Shown here: positions 55,744 through 64,000 of the stretch, one piece after another
How the letters are laid out: each line of letters begins with the position of its first letter
How positions within the stretch are numbered: the stretch's first letter is position 1
Notes under the pieces: model-generated
Told to the model about the DNA's origin: nothing
The model's database searches: none
What the model saw: only the letters and a program-made list of their open reading frames with translations
Program-made: the position numbers and the translations under genes
Source: Anaerolineae bacterium
GTDB taxonomy: Bacteria; Chloroflexota; Anaerolineae; B4-G1; DUEL01
DNA: 64,000 nucleotides
Direction of reading: 5' to 3'
Assembly (NCBI GenBank): GCA_025060135.1
Contig: JANXCY010000012.1
Coordinates: 4,224-68,223, forward strand

Positions 55744-56859
55744 TTACGCCATCGCCGCCAGGATGTCGGAGGGTTTGATCAGTTCGCCGTCGGCCCGGTT
55801 GACCCGACGGACCCGTTCCCGGCCTACCACTCGCTCCACTTCCAGCACCAGTTGTCCCAGATTCAGTTCCGGGACGATGACCCGGCGGGCACTCCGGGCC
55901 GCCTGTTCTACCACCTCCTCGGGAAAGGGCCAGAGGGTCTGCAATTTCAGGAGGCCCACTTTGCGGCCTCGCTGTCGGGCCATCCGCACCGCGTGGCGGG
56001 CCGCCCGGGCCACTACCCCGTAGGCCACCACCAGCGTCCGCGCGCCCTCCACTCCGTCCTCTTCATAAAGCAGGATGTCCGAGAGATTCCGCTGGATTTT
56101 GCGAAAAATGCGCTCCAGCCAGGGGTTAATTTCATCCAGCCGTTCGGTGGGATACCCGCGTTCATCGTGATGAAGGCCGGTAATGTGGTAGCGATACCCC
56201 TGCCCGAAGGGAATCAGCGGCGGAACGTCCGAAGGAAGGTTCTCGTATGGTTTATACCACTCGGGAGGGACCAGCGTCTCTGCCCGCTCTATCCGTTCTA
56301 TGGCGGCGGGGTCGGGGAGTTCCACTCCCTCGCGCATATGACCGATCACTTCGTCCATCAGCAGAATCACGGGCGTCCGGTACCTCTCGGCGAAATTGAA
56401 CGCCGCCACGGTGAGGTCAAAGGTCTCTCGGACCGACGCGGGGGCAAGAGCAATGATGGGGTGGTCGCCGTGGGTGCCCCAGCGGGCCTGCATCACGTCC
56501 CCCTGGGAGGGGCTGGTGGGCCGACCGGTGGAGGGGCCCAGCCGCTGGACATCCACGATGACGCAGGGGATTTCCGCCATGGCTGCGTAACCGATGTTCT
56601 CCTGCATCAGGCTGAAGCCCGGGCCGGAGGTGGCCGTCATGGCTTTGGCGCCACCCACCGCCGCTCCGATGACCGCTGCGATGGAGGCGATTTCATCCTC
56701 CATCTGGATGAAGACACCGCCTACCTGGGGCAGCCGGCGGGCCATGTGCTCGGCGATTTCGGTGGCCGGAGTGATCGGGTATCCAGCAAAGAAGGTGCAA
56801 CCGGCGGCAATGGCGCCCTCGGCACAGGCTTCGTCTCCCTGCATCAGCACAGGGCTCAT
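55744..56859 (-). CDS. 2-oxoacid:ferredoxin oxidoreductase alpha subunit (PorA/VorA/KorA of the four-subunit type)
   Basis: 371 aa. N-terminus MSPVLMQGDEACAEGAIAAGCTFFAGYPITPATEI and domain I/II organisation of pyruvate/2-ketoisovalerate:ferredoxin oxidoreductase alpha subunits. The start overlaps the ferredoxin gene stop (ATGA). Confidence 0.8.
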   Translation of the reverse strand: MSPVLMQGDEACAEGAIAAGCTFFAGYPITPATEIAEHMARRLPQVGGVFIQMEDEIASIAAVIGAAVGGAKAMTATSGPGFSLMQENIGYAAMAEIPCVIVDVQRLGPSTGRPTSPSQGDVMQARWGTHGDHPIIALAPASVRETFDLTVAAFNFAERYRTPVILLMDEVIGHMREGVELPDPAAIERIERAETLVPPEWYKPYENLPSDVPPLIPFGQGYRYHITGLHHDERGYPTERLDEINPWLERIFRKIQRNLSDILLYEEDGVEGARTLVVAYGVVARAARHAVRMARQRGRKVGLLKLQTLWPFPEEVVEQAARSARRVIVPELNLGQLVLEVERVVGRERVRRVNRADGELIKPSDILAAMA

Positions 56860-57128
56860 TCCTCCTCCACCTCGTGAACGAAGATCGCGAAATCCGGACA
56901 GCGCAACTCACACCACCGGCAGGCCGTACACCGCTCCGCATGGGCAACAATGACCCGCCCATCCTCCTTCTGCTCCAGAACCTGCATCGGGCAGAACGCC
57001 ACACATAGACCGCAGCCCTTACACCAGTTGGGGAAGACGGTCACCTCTCCCCGACGCCGTCGTTTCGGGCGCGATTCGGTGGGCGGACGAGCAGCCCCGA
57101 CAGGGGCCGAGGGACTGGAATCGGCCAT
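56856..57128 (-). CDS. 4Fe-4S dicluster ferredoxin (delta subunit of 2-oxoacid:ferredoxin oxidoreductase, PorD-like)
   Basis: Two CxxCxxCxxxCP motifs (CKGCGLCVAFCP; CTACRWCELRCP). 90 aa with a basic, Pro-rich N-terminus. Confidence 0.75.
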   Translation of the reverse strand: MADSSPSAPVGAARPPTESRPKRRRRGEVTVFPNWCKGCGLCVAFCPMQVLEQKEDGRVIVAHAERCTACRWCELRCPDFAIFVHEVEEE

Positions 57129-57164
57129 CGCTTCTTCTGGAGGGACAACCCCCGTCGCTGCCCC

Positions 57165-57806
57165 CTACTCCACGCTCAGCATCACCGTTCGGCCCGGATA
57201 GAGAATGGCGAACCGCTCTCCATCCTGCGGCGTACCGATACCGGCCCCGTAGTGCATGGGGACGACAATCTCGGGGTTCAGCCTCTGAGCGGCACCCACA
57301 GCCTCTTCTACCGTCATCACATAGGTTCCGCTGACAGGGAGGAGGGCGACATCACAACCAATCTGGCCCATTTCGGGGATGGCATCGGTATCACCGGCGA
57401 AGTACAACCGTACCCCTTCTATGGTAATCACGTAACCCACATGCCCGGCGTTTTTGGGGTGGAAAGGCTGACCTGGAGCACGGAATTTATTGAGGTTATA
57501 CGCGGGTACTGCTTCCACTTCCACTCCCGCTACCGTCAGCCGGTCGCCGGGACGGACGGCCTGGGCACCCCGCAGTTGCCCGGCGGCGGTCCCACCCGCC
57601 AGGATAACGGTATGCGGTCCGGCCACTTTCGCCACATCCTCGGGTGAGCAATGGTCAAAGTGCTCGTGGCTCACCAACACCAGGTCGGCCACCGGTGGCT
57701 TGCCCCGCAGCCGCCAGGGGTCAAAATAGATGACGGGGGGTCCGTCCAGGCGGAAACTATCATGCCCCAGCCAGTGCAGTTTCTGGACCAGTTCTTCTGG
57801 CGTCAT
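57165..57806 (-). CDS. MBL-fold metallo-hydrolase
   Basis: Start corrected to MTPEEL, with an AGGAGGG RBS 5 nt upstream. HxHxDH motif (SHEHFDHC). Confidence 0.75.
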   Translation of the reverse strand: MTPEELVQKLHWLGHDSFRLDGPPVIYFDPWRLRGKPPVADLVLVSHEHFDHCSPEDVAKVAGPHTVILAGGTAAGQLRGAQAVRPGDRLTVAGVEVEAVPAYNLNKFRAPGQPFHPKNAGHVGYVITIEGVRLYFAGDTDAIPEMGQIGCDVALLPVSGTYVMTVEEAVGAAQRLNPEIVVPMHYGAGIGTPQDGERFAILYPGRTVMLSVE

Positions 57807-57995
57807 GTCTCCCTCCTGAGAATCCTTTCTACAGGAATTTTGCTTCCCGTTACCGACGGGAGTGGCGCGCTGATGCTCACCGGTTCCGGACAGGCCGGGC
57901 GGCCCGCGCGACAAAACGTATGCCGTGTGTTACCCGGCGATGGATGGGATGTTGCCCGACATCCGGAGGAGGGAAGAAGAGTAGGTGTATGGATG

Positions 57996-58631
57996 CTATT
58001 CCTGCTTCGGCGCCAGGACAACTACTTCAGTTTCCTCGGGCAAACTCCCCGGGGTAACCTTTAGAGATTCCCGGGCCTCCGCCTTTTCCACCCCCATCTG
58101 TTTGAGGAAGCGGTTCAGGGTTCCCAGCGGGAGAGTGAGGCCCGGGATTTTGTACCACATCGGCACCACGATGGCCGGCTCCAGCATGCTGACAACTTCC
58201 GACGCCTCGGCTGGGGTGAGTCCTCCATCTCCTCCAACAGGAATCAGCAGGATGTTTACTGTTCCCAGGGCCTCCACTTGTGCCTGGGTCGGCACATGTC
58301 CCAGATGGCCCAGATGGCAGACCGTCAGGCCATCGTAATCCAAGTGGAAAATCGTGCTCAGGGCACTCTTTTTTTTGTCGGCGTAGGCGGCGATAGCGGT
58401 GATGAAGACGCCGCCGATCTCGTATTCGCCGGGGGTATCCAGCACCCGGAACGGCCCCCTCACCGCGCGGGTGTAGTTGCACTCCGGAACATCCCGACTG
58501 ATAGTAACCACATCGGCTTTGGGGCGAGGAAGGGCCAGCCCTACGTTGGGTCCGTAGGGATCGGTCACCACCGTAGCCATCCCCCGCTCTGTCAGCCGGA
58601 AACAGTTCAATCCGTACCAGACGATTTCCAT
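57996..58631 (-). CDS. MBL-fold metallo-hydrolase (second, tandem)
   Basis: Start corrected to MEIVWYGLNCF, with an AGGAG RBS 4 nt upstream. It has a beta-lactamase-fold pattern with HLGHLGH. Confidence 0.7.
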   Translation of the reverse strand: MEIVWYGLNCFRLTERGMATVVTDPYGPNVGLALPRPKADVVTISRDVPECNYTRAVRGPFRVLDTPGEYEIGGVFITAIAAYADKKKSALSTIFHLDYDGLTVCHLGHLGHVPTQAQVEALGTVNILLIPVGGDGGLTPAEASEVVSMLEPAIVVPMWYKIPGLTLPLGTLNRFLKQMGVEKAEARESLKVTPGSLPEETEVVVLAPKQE

Positions 58632-59233
58632 TTCGCTCCTGTCTGCTGCGCACCCATCGGGGAGTCCTACGTCGGACACTTCAGCAAAAGCGGAGGTGGC
58701 GTATCCGCTCCGCCCGGTGCGCTTTCCGATAGGGTCTGCGGTTCTTCCCCGCCGCCAATTATACTCCAGAATCTCCAATCAGCAATTGGGTTCGGGAGAA
58801 TAGAAAAGCCCTGGGGACCCGATGCACGCATCCTGTTAGTTTCGGGAGGGAAGAAGCCTTTCTGCTTGCCCTAACACCAGGTGGCCCGATACCCATCCGG
58901 CGCTATCCGTATACTGCCGCGGAAATGGGGGCTCTATAGGGATGCGCTGAGGATAGGGGAAAGACGCCCCGGGTGGAAGAAGGGGCCAACGAAGCGCTGA
59001 GGGGCTTTCTGGCGGCGCGGCTGAGCGTGTCGATAACCGTAGTGAGCGTGTTCAGACAGAGCTCGCGTCCCAAAGTGGTCTGCGCTGTCAGGTAGCGGTG
59101 GGGCGGGTACGCGTGCGGGTCAGGGAGCGGGGATAGCCCACCCGTTCTCCTCTCCGCGACGCGGGGCGATGGGGCGCGGAGGGGGCGGCGCGGTGGCTTC
59201 GCCGCCGCGCCGCCCATCGGCCTGGCCCGAAAA

Positions 59234-60745
59234 CTAAAACGAAGCCTGCGGTAGACCGCGAGGGGCTCGCAACACCTGCTCCTCGCAGACCCGGCGGAAA
59301 TGGAAACCGTAAATCGCCAGCGTCACTGCCATAGGGAACGAGCGCGGCCGCCGGAACAGCGTCCACAGGAGCAGTCGCCAGTAGTGCACTCGCTCCACCC
59401 CCCGAATTCCCAGGTGATAGATGGACCGAAAGAAGGCCAGAATCGCCTCCCGGTCCAGAGGCATCTGAAGGCGCGGGGGCCGGTACTCTCTTAGAAATGT
59501 GCGCACCCGCTCATAGTAGGCGGCAGGGGAATAGATGTATCGCAGGAGAGCCCGGTATCCGTCCTTCAGCACCTCCAGCCCCATTTTCGGGATGATGTTG
59601 GTGAAGTCCACCACGTTGTTGCCCGAGGGTTCCCCCGCCAGCCGCCCCTCCCGTTTCAGCCGCTCGTAGAGCCGCGTTCCGTAGGGGGCCTGGAGAAGCC
59701 CTACCATTGCGGCCGCGATACCACTCTGCTGGATGAACTCCATCTGGCGGCGGAAGACCGATGGCGTGTCGCTGTCAAAGCCGACAATGAAGCCCCCTTC
59801 CACATGTATCCCTGCTCGCTGAATGCGCCGGACACTTTCCAGCAGGTCCCGGCGGAGGTTCTGGGCCTTGTGAGCCTCCGAGAGGCTCTCCTCGCAGGGC
59901 GTCTCGATCCCGATGAAAACGGCGGTGAACCCCGCCTCCACCATCTGGCGCAGCAACTCCTCATCGTCGGCCAGATTGATGGAGACCTGAGTGCTAAAGG
60001 TAACGCCGACTTTGTCCTTCCGCCACTCCGTCAGCGCGGGGAGCAGTTCGCTCTTCGCCGCACGCCGGTCGCCAATGAGATTGTCGTCCACAAAGAAGAC
60101 ACTCCCCCGCCAGCCCAGGCTGTAGAGACCGTCCAACTCGGCGACCACTTGTTCGGCGCTTTTGGTGCGGGGTATCCGGCCCAGCAGCGCGGTGATGTTG
60201 CAGAACTCGCAGTCAAAGGGACAGCCCCGGGAAAACTGGACCACCATAGACGCGTAGCGGCGCATGTCTGCCAGTTCCCAAAGCGGTATCGGCGAAGAGC
60301 GCATGTCGGCAAAGCCGTCGGCTCGGTAGACCCGCTGGGGTGTCCCTCGCTCCAGGTCGGCCAGAAAGCGCGGTAGCGTCAGTTCCCCTTCGTCCAAGAC
60401 GAAGTGGTCTACCTCTCCGAACTTCTCGTACTCCTCGGTGAACAACGGCCCACCCGCGACAACGGCCAATCCGGCAGCCTTGCAGCGGGCGATCACCTCT
60501 CTTGCCGACTCCCGCTGAATACCCATCCCGCTCACCATCGCCATATCGGCCCATTCCAGGTCGGCGGACCGCAGGTCGCTCACGTTCAGGTCCACCAGCC
60601 GCTTTGGCCACTCCTTCGGCAGCAGGGCCGCGACGGTGAGCAATCCCAGCGGCGGCCCGAATGCCGCCTTGCGGATGAACCGCAGCGCGTGTTTGAAACT
60701 CCAGAAGGTATCCGGAAAGCGGGGGTAGATTAGCAGAACATTCAT
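59234..60745 (-). CDS. B12-binding-domain radical SAM protein (class B; DUF4070-type C-terminus)
   Basis: Start corrected to MNVLLIYPRF. N-terminal cobalamin-binding Rossmann-like domain, CX3CX2C cluster (CPFDCEFC) and a C-terminal DUF4070-like region. Confidence 0.85.
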   Translation of the reverse strand: MNVLLIYPRFPDTFWSFKHALRFIRKAAFGPPLGLLTVAALLPKEWPKRLVDLNVSDLRSADLEWADMAMVSGMGIQRESAREVIARCKAAGLAVVAGGPLFTEEYEKFGEVDHFVLDEGELTLPRFLADLERGTPQRVYRADGFADMRSSPIPLWELADMRRYASMVVQFSRGCPFDCEFCNITALLGRIPRTKSAEQVVAELDGLYSLGWRGSVFFVDDNLIGDRRAAKSELLPALTEWRKDKVGVTFSTQVSINLADDEELLRQMVEAGFTAVFIGIETPCEESLSEAHKAQNLRRDLLESVRRIQRAGIHVEGGFIVGFDSDTPSVFRRQMEFIQQSGIAAAMVGLLQAPYGTRLYERLKREGRLAGEPSGNNVVDFTNIIPKMGLEVLKDGYRALLRYIYSPAAYYERVRTFLREYRPPRLQMPLDREAILAFFRSIYHLGIRGVERVHYWRLLLWTLFRRPRSFPMAVTLAIYGFHFRRVCEEQVLRAPRGLPQASF

Positions 60746-60795
60746 AATGCTCCTTTCGCGAAGGAAAGACGGTTGGGGTATCGGCGGCTTTGCCT

Positions 60796-61815
60796 TTAGA
60801 GGGCCGGTGAGGGTTTGCGGACCGGCCGCGCGCGACGGGCTCGCCGCGCTTTCTCCCGCCGTCTCCAATAGGGGGACTGCCGGAGAAGCCACCAGCGCAC
60901 CAGGGGACGGAAGGCCTGAATCAGATGCCGCCGGAAGCCCAGCACGGCGACCATATCCCGAATGTAATCATCCAGCGTCCGTCGCTGATACTGGAGAAGC
61001 CGCTGGCTTTCCTCGGTGTCCAGCCAGTCAGTACAGAACGGGACGGTGCTGAAGGCTTCCTCCGGGAGCATCCCCACCCCCATCGCCTCTAGAATCCGCT
61101 CCGCGATCTCCCGAAAGTAGAACTGACAGCGCGGCCCGCCGCCAATAAGCAATATTCTTCCCCACACCTCTGGATGGCTCACCGCGTTGGCGATAGCCAG
61201 GCCGACGTCCCGGGTATGGACGAACTCCATCCGATTATCCAGTGGGACATCAAACATCCCCGGGTCGGGACGCATAGCAAGAGGAAAGACGGCACCAAAG
61301 CGAAGGATCACCCACTCCAGGCCCGATTCCCGAATCATCGCTTCACAGAGGACCTTGTGGCGGGAATAATGCTCCAGCGGGCAGACCGGGTCGTCGGCCC
61401 GGCGAGGCGGAGGTTGATCCTGTGTCCGTCCGTAGACGTGCAGGGACGAAGAGAAAACCAGACGCGGAGGTCGGGGCTGGGCCTGCATCGCCTCTATCAG
61501 GTTACGGGTGCCCTCCACGTTCACCTGGTAGGCCAGGTCAGGCCGGGCCTCGGACTCAATCCCCGTGGCGGAGAGTTTGGGGATGATGAAGGCCAGGTGG
61601 ACCACCACGTCCTGTCCAACGACCGCCCGGGCGACGTCTCCAGGGTGGCGCAAATCCCCCCACATCACCTCTATATGGTCGCCGTAGCGGCGGGCCGCGC
61701 GCTCATTGGCCCGCGTCCGCAGGTCCAAACAGCGCACCCGATGCCCCTGGCGGAGCAGTTCCTCCAGCGCGCTCCGCCCAACGTTGCCAAAGGCTCCAGT
61801 TACGAGAACGTTCAC
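60796..61815 (-). CDS. NAD-dependent epimerase/dehydratase (extended SDR)
   Basis: GTG start with an AAGGAAAGGAG RBS. TGAFGNVG Rossmann motif, a YxxxK region and a basic Arg-rich C-terminal tail. Confidence 0.8.
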   Translation of the reverse strand: MNVLVTGAFGNVGRSALEELLRQGHRVRCLDLRTRANERAARRYGDHIEVMWGDLRHPGDVARAVVGQDVVVHLAFIIPKLSATGIESEARPDLAYQVNVEGTRNLIEAMQAQPRPPRLVFSSSLHVYGRTQDQPPPRRADDPVCPLEHYSRHKVLCEAMIRESGLEWVILRFGAVFPLAMRPDPGMFDVPLDNRMEFVHTRDVGLAIANAVSHPEVWGRILLIGGGPRCQFYFREIAERILEAMGVGMLPEEAFSTVPFCTDWLDTEESQRLLQYQRRTLDDYIRDMVAVLGFRRHLIQAFRPLVRWWLLRQSPYWRRREKARRARRARPVRKPSPAL

Positions 61816-61887
61816 GAGACTCCTTTCCTTATGGAATGACGCGGCGATGATCCCATCACTGCCGAAATGCATCTCTTTACGAACCGT

Positions 61888-62916
61888 TCAAATGCCCGAG
61901 AGGGAGTTGCCAGTTGCCCCACTGCCTGGAGAAGGGGACCTTGGCCTTCCGGAGCGCCCCAGCAGCGACTTCAACCGGCTGGAAGGCTCCCGGGTCATCC
62001 ACCTCAGGGCAGATGAGAACGGGGAGAGGCCGATGCCCTTAGGCGGGAACCACCCCGGCACCGACAACGTTTTCTGAACCACCCGCTGAACGGCCTCCAG
62101 GGCAACCGGGACGGCCCGTATGTGCCGATGACGTCGGGACCGAGGTCCCGCCGGAGCAGGAGGGGGGAATGACCCGAATTCATACTCAAAGGGGATTTCC
62201 CGAAGGGGTTTTCCCCTCAGCATCTGCGCCTCACACCACAGATATTTGACGCCCACCCGGAGCATACCCTCTTTGCGGAATCTCCGCATAGAGACCGGGA
62301 TATACGTACTGGTCAGAATGCCAAAGCGACCGAAACGAGCGGCCCGCCGGACGTAATCTATGTCCTCGCTCATCCGGAGCGTTTCGTCAAAGCCGCCGAT
62401 TGTCTCGTGCAGCTCCCGCCGGATCAGGATGCAGAAGCCCGGAGCGTAGGGGAGGATGGATTGCATCAGGATAAAGTAGAGGTTGGCCATATCGTGGGCC
62501 ACCCGCTCCATCAGGTTGCCGTCCCATGGGGCCACCCGGGCCGTCGCCACGTCGTACCCTTTTTGGAGAAACTCCCTCAGCGCGCGCTCTATGAAATCGG
62601 GAGGAGGCACCACGTCTGCGTCCAGGAACAACAGGAGGTTCCCCGTTGCCACCCGGGCTCCGGCGTTCCTCCCCGCTGCGGGACTCCCTCCCCGCACCGT
62701 TCGGGCGCCGTACTTTCGGGCCAGGTCGGGGGTTCCGTTGATGGAGCCCGCATCGGCGACGATGACCTCCTCGGCAGGGCGGGTCTGAGCCGCCAGCGCT
62801 TCCAGCAAATGGGGCAGGTAGCCTGCCTCGTTCAGAGCCGGAATGATGACGCTCACCCGTAGCGGATGAACTTCGGCAGTCTCTCGTTGTCCCACGTTCC
62901 CTTTGAAGGCGCGCAT
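61888..62916 (-). CDS. family 2 glycosyltransferase
   Basis: VSVIIPALNEAGYLPHLLEALAAQT..EVIVADAGSINGT.. and a DAD motif (FLDADVV). GT-A fold. Confidence 0.8.
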   Translation of the reverse strand: MRAFKGNVGQRETAEVHPLRVSVIIPALNEAGYLPHLLEALAAQTRPAEEVIVADAGSINGTPDLARKYGARTVRGGSPAAGRNAGARVATGNLLLFLDADVVPPPDFIERALREFLQKGYDVATARVAPWDGNLMERVAHDMANLYFILMQSILPYAPGFCILIRRELHETIGGFDETLRMSEDIDYVRRAARFGRFGILTSTYIPVSMRRFRKEGMLRVGVKYLWCEAQMLRGKPLREIPFEYEFGSFPPPAPAGPRSRRHRHIRAVPVALEAVQRVVQKTLSVPGWFPPKGIGLSPFSSALRWMTREPSSRLKSLLGRSGRPRSPSPGSGATGNSLSGI

Positions 62917-63094
62917 CTCCGAAAAAGTCAGAGCGAGACGCAGAGGAATAGGAACACCGATGTTTCGTAGCGCAGGCTATGGGCTGGCACGGTACAGGCC
63001 GGGCAACCTGTATGACAGGCCCCGCAGTCTGCGATTCCAGGGCAAACGGCGGAAGCCCTGCCCTTCGCCGTGCCGAAAGAGCGGAAAGGGCCCA

Positions 63095-63841
63095 TCAACC
63101 CTGGAACCCGTCTCGGATTGTGTACATGTACCGCCCCATGGCCGTGATCACCTTTTGCCGCCATCGGCTGAAGCGGGTCGGGGAAATCTCTCCCAGGGAT
63201 GCCAGGGCTCTCAGAATTTCCAAGGATTCCCGCAGATACCCCCTGGCTGCCGCCTGTGGGGAAGAAACCTGCGGTTTGAGCAGGTGAACCAGGCCGGGAA
63301 GTACCACCACCACGGTTCGCTCGCGGGGAAAGCGGTGAAAGAGAAACAGTTCCACGCCGTAGCCCAGACCTTCCATTTCCTCCAGAAGGGGTTCCAGGTC
63401 TCGCCGGAAATAGGCCCGCTGTCCGGTCAGCAGGGGCATCAGAAACTGGGGACGAACCGTGATCCCGGGCAGACCGACGCCCAGCACGGCCCGGGCAGGC
63501 CCCTGTACCAGGGGGAGGACAAGAGAAAGCAAATGATACGATTGGAGCCCCAGCAGATGAGCATCGCAGAAGACCACGACTTCCCCGGTGGCCGCCCGGA
63601 CCCCGGAGGCCATGGCGGCTCCTTTTCCCCGGTTGACCGGATGGCGAACAATTCGGATCCGGGGTCTGAAGTCTTCCAGAATTTGGGACGTCCGGTCTGT
63701 GGAACCATCATCCACGACGACCACCTCACAGGGGAATCCGCTCTCCAGGATAGAGGTCAACGTCTGTCCGATAAAGCGCTCTTCATTATATGCCGGAATG
63801 ACAACGGAGACCACTGGCAGGTGGATCAGGAAGGCTCTCAT
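63095..63841 (-). CDS. family 2 glycosyltransferase (DPM1/GtrB-like size)
   Basis: Start corrected to MRAFLIHLPVVSVVIPAYNEERFI. VVVVDDGSTDRT and a DXD-equivalent motif (FCDAHL). Confidence 0.8.
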   Translation of the reverse strand: MRAFLIHLPVVSVVIPAYNEERFIGQTLTSILESGFPCEVVVVDDGSTDRTSQILEDFRPRIRIVRHPVNRGKGAAMASGVRAATGEVVVFCDAHLLGLQSYHLLSLVLPLVQGPARAVLGVGLPGITVRPQFLMPLLTGQRAYFRRDLEPLLEEMEGLGYGVELFLFHRFPRERTVVVVLPGLVHLLKPQVSSPQAAARGYLRESLEILRALASLGEISPTRFSRWRQKVITAMGRYMYTIRDGFQG

Positions 63842-63900
63842 CGGGCCATCTGCCGCATATCCGGAAATGTCCGTGCCCATCTGCGTCCGCTTCCCTGAGG

Positions 63901-64000
63901 GTTAACCGATTCCTTCCAGAACCATCTGGATGCTCTGGTATACCACCTGACCCCAATCGGCCCCATCGGGGTCCACCGTGGCCTGAAGAACCAGCCCAAT
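63901..64000 (-). CDS. 3' end of an unidentified minus-strand gene (C-terminal 33 codons; the rest lies beyond the window)
   Basis: Minus-strand frame reads ...IGLVLQATVDPDGADWGQVVYQSIQMVLEGIG* and is open to the window edge. Too short for the ORF track. Confidence 0.35.

Noticed and set aside
55594-56877. 427-aa plus-strand ORF
   Set aside because: It is antisense to the porA alpha-subunit gene. No motifs.
58900-58960. Possible RNase P RNA P4-like motif (GGAAAUGGGGGCUCUAUAGGG)
   Set aside because: It only loosely resembles the universal GGAAAGUCCGGGCUCCAUAGGGCA. The obligatory partner strand ACAGAACCCGGCUUA and the GGUAAGAGCGCACC motif are absent from the region on either strand.
62903-63898. 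331-aa plus-strand ORF
   Set aside because: It is antisense to the GT2 gene at 63095-63841 and overlaps the upstream GT2. No motifs.
1-64000. CRISPR arrays, transposases, integrases, prophage genes, rRNA
   Set aside because: No short regularly spaced direct repeats, no DDE or tyrosine-recombinase-like ORFs and no rRNA-like conserved stretches were seen on either strand. The only tandem repeats are the coding 69-bp repeat and the short GC-rich degenerate repeats at 55519-55600.

Overview
The window is 64 kb of very GC-rich (about 67%), densely packed bacterial chromosome, read by eye only. Gene content suggests a thermophilic Chloroflexota-like organism with some archaeal-type enzymes, but that is a guess. 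I call about 56 protein-coding genes and one tRNA-Arg(CCT). I found no rRNA, CRISPR array, transposase, integrase or obvious mobile element. Main blocks from 5' to 3':
- 1..6100: a translationally coupled operon of four uncharacterised membrane proteins followed by ybeY-dgkA, apparently driven by a promoter embedded in the 3' end of a 5'-partial GT87/DUF2029-like membrane glycosyltransferase gene. One of the four is a double zinc-ribbon protein with IPEWL repeats encoded by a 69-bp tandem DNA repeat.
- 6230..20920, minus strand: eleven co-directional amino-acid and central-metabolism genes with gaps of at most about 70 nt. In order: Lys20-type homocitrate synthase, proC, archaeal-type PEP carboxylase, two short NifV/CimA-like synthases, leuC, leuD, a beta-decarboxylating dehydrogenase, carA, carB and an HDAC-fold deacetylase. 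A near-consensus promoter, a roughly 220-nt leader and an intrinsic-terminator hairpin just before the first RBS sit upstream, which looks like an attenuator.
- 21189..31010: relA/spoT flanked by two YbjN-family genes, with divergent promoters carrying inverted repeats. Nearby are a MoaD/ThiS-like gene plus a MraY/WecA-like transferase, TrmH, RNase J, a GT4 and a ferritin-like/VIT fusion.
- 31152..39564: queA, a small membrane-protein gene, an exonuclease-DinG helicase, a WbaP-like priming sugar transferase, a membrane GT2 and plsY.
- 39747..42932: a 1061-aa single-ORF fusion of a divergent serine hydroxymethyltransferase, a partial GcvT-like segment and a full aminomethyltransferase (GcvT) domain. 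This is the most unusual gene in the window.
- 42998..64000: queG next to a PDZ/radical-SAM DUF512 gene, an ADH, tRNA-Arg, galU, ftsK, a LysM protein, a solute-binding protein, an NrtR-like Nudix regulator, orphan porD-porA without beta or gamma subunits, two MBL hydrolases and a candidate glycan/lipid-modification cluster (B12-binding radical SAM, epimerase, two GT2).

Limits: several ORF-track entries carry spurious N-terminal extensions; I corrected starts by RBS and homology logic. Antisense ORFs inside real genes were rejected. Coordinates of manually located motifs may be off by 1 to 2 nt.
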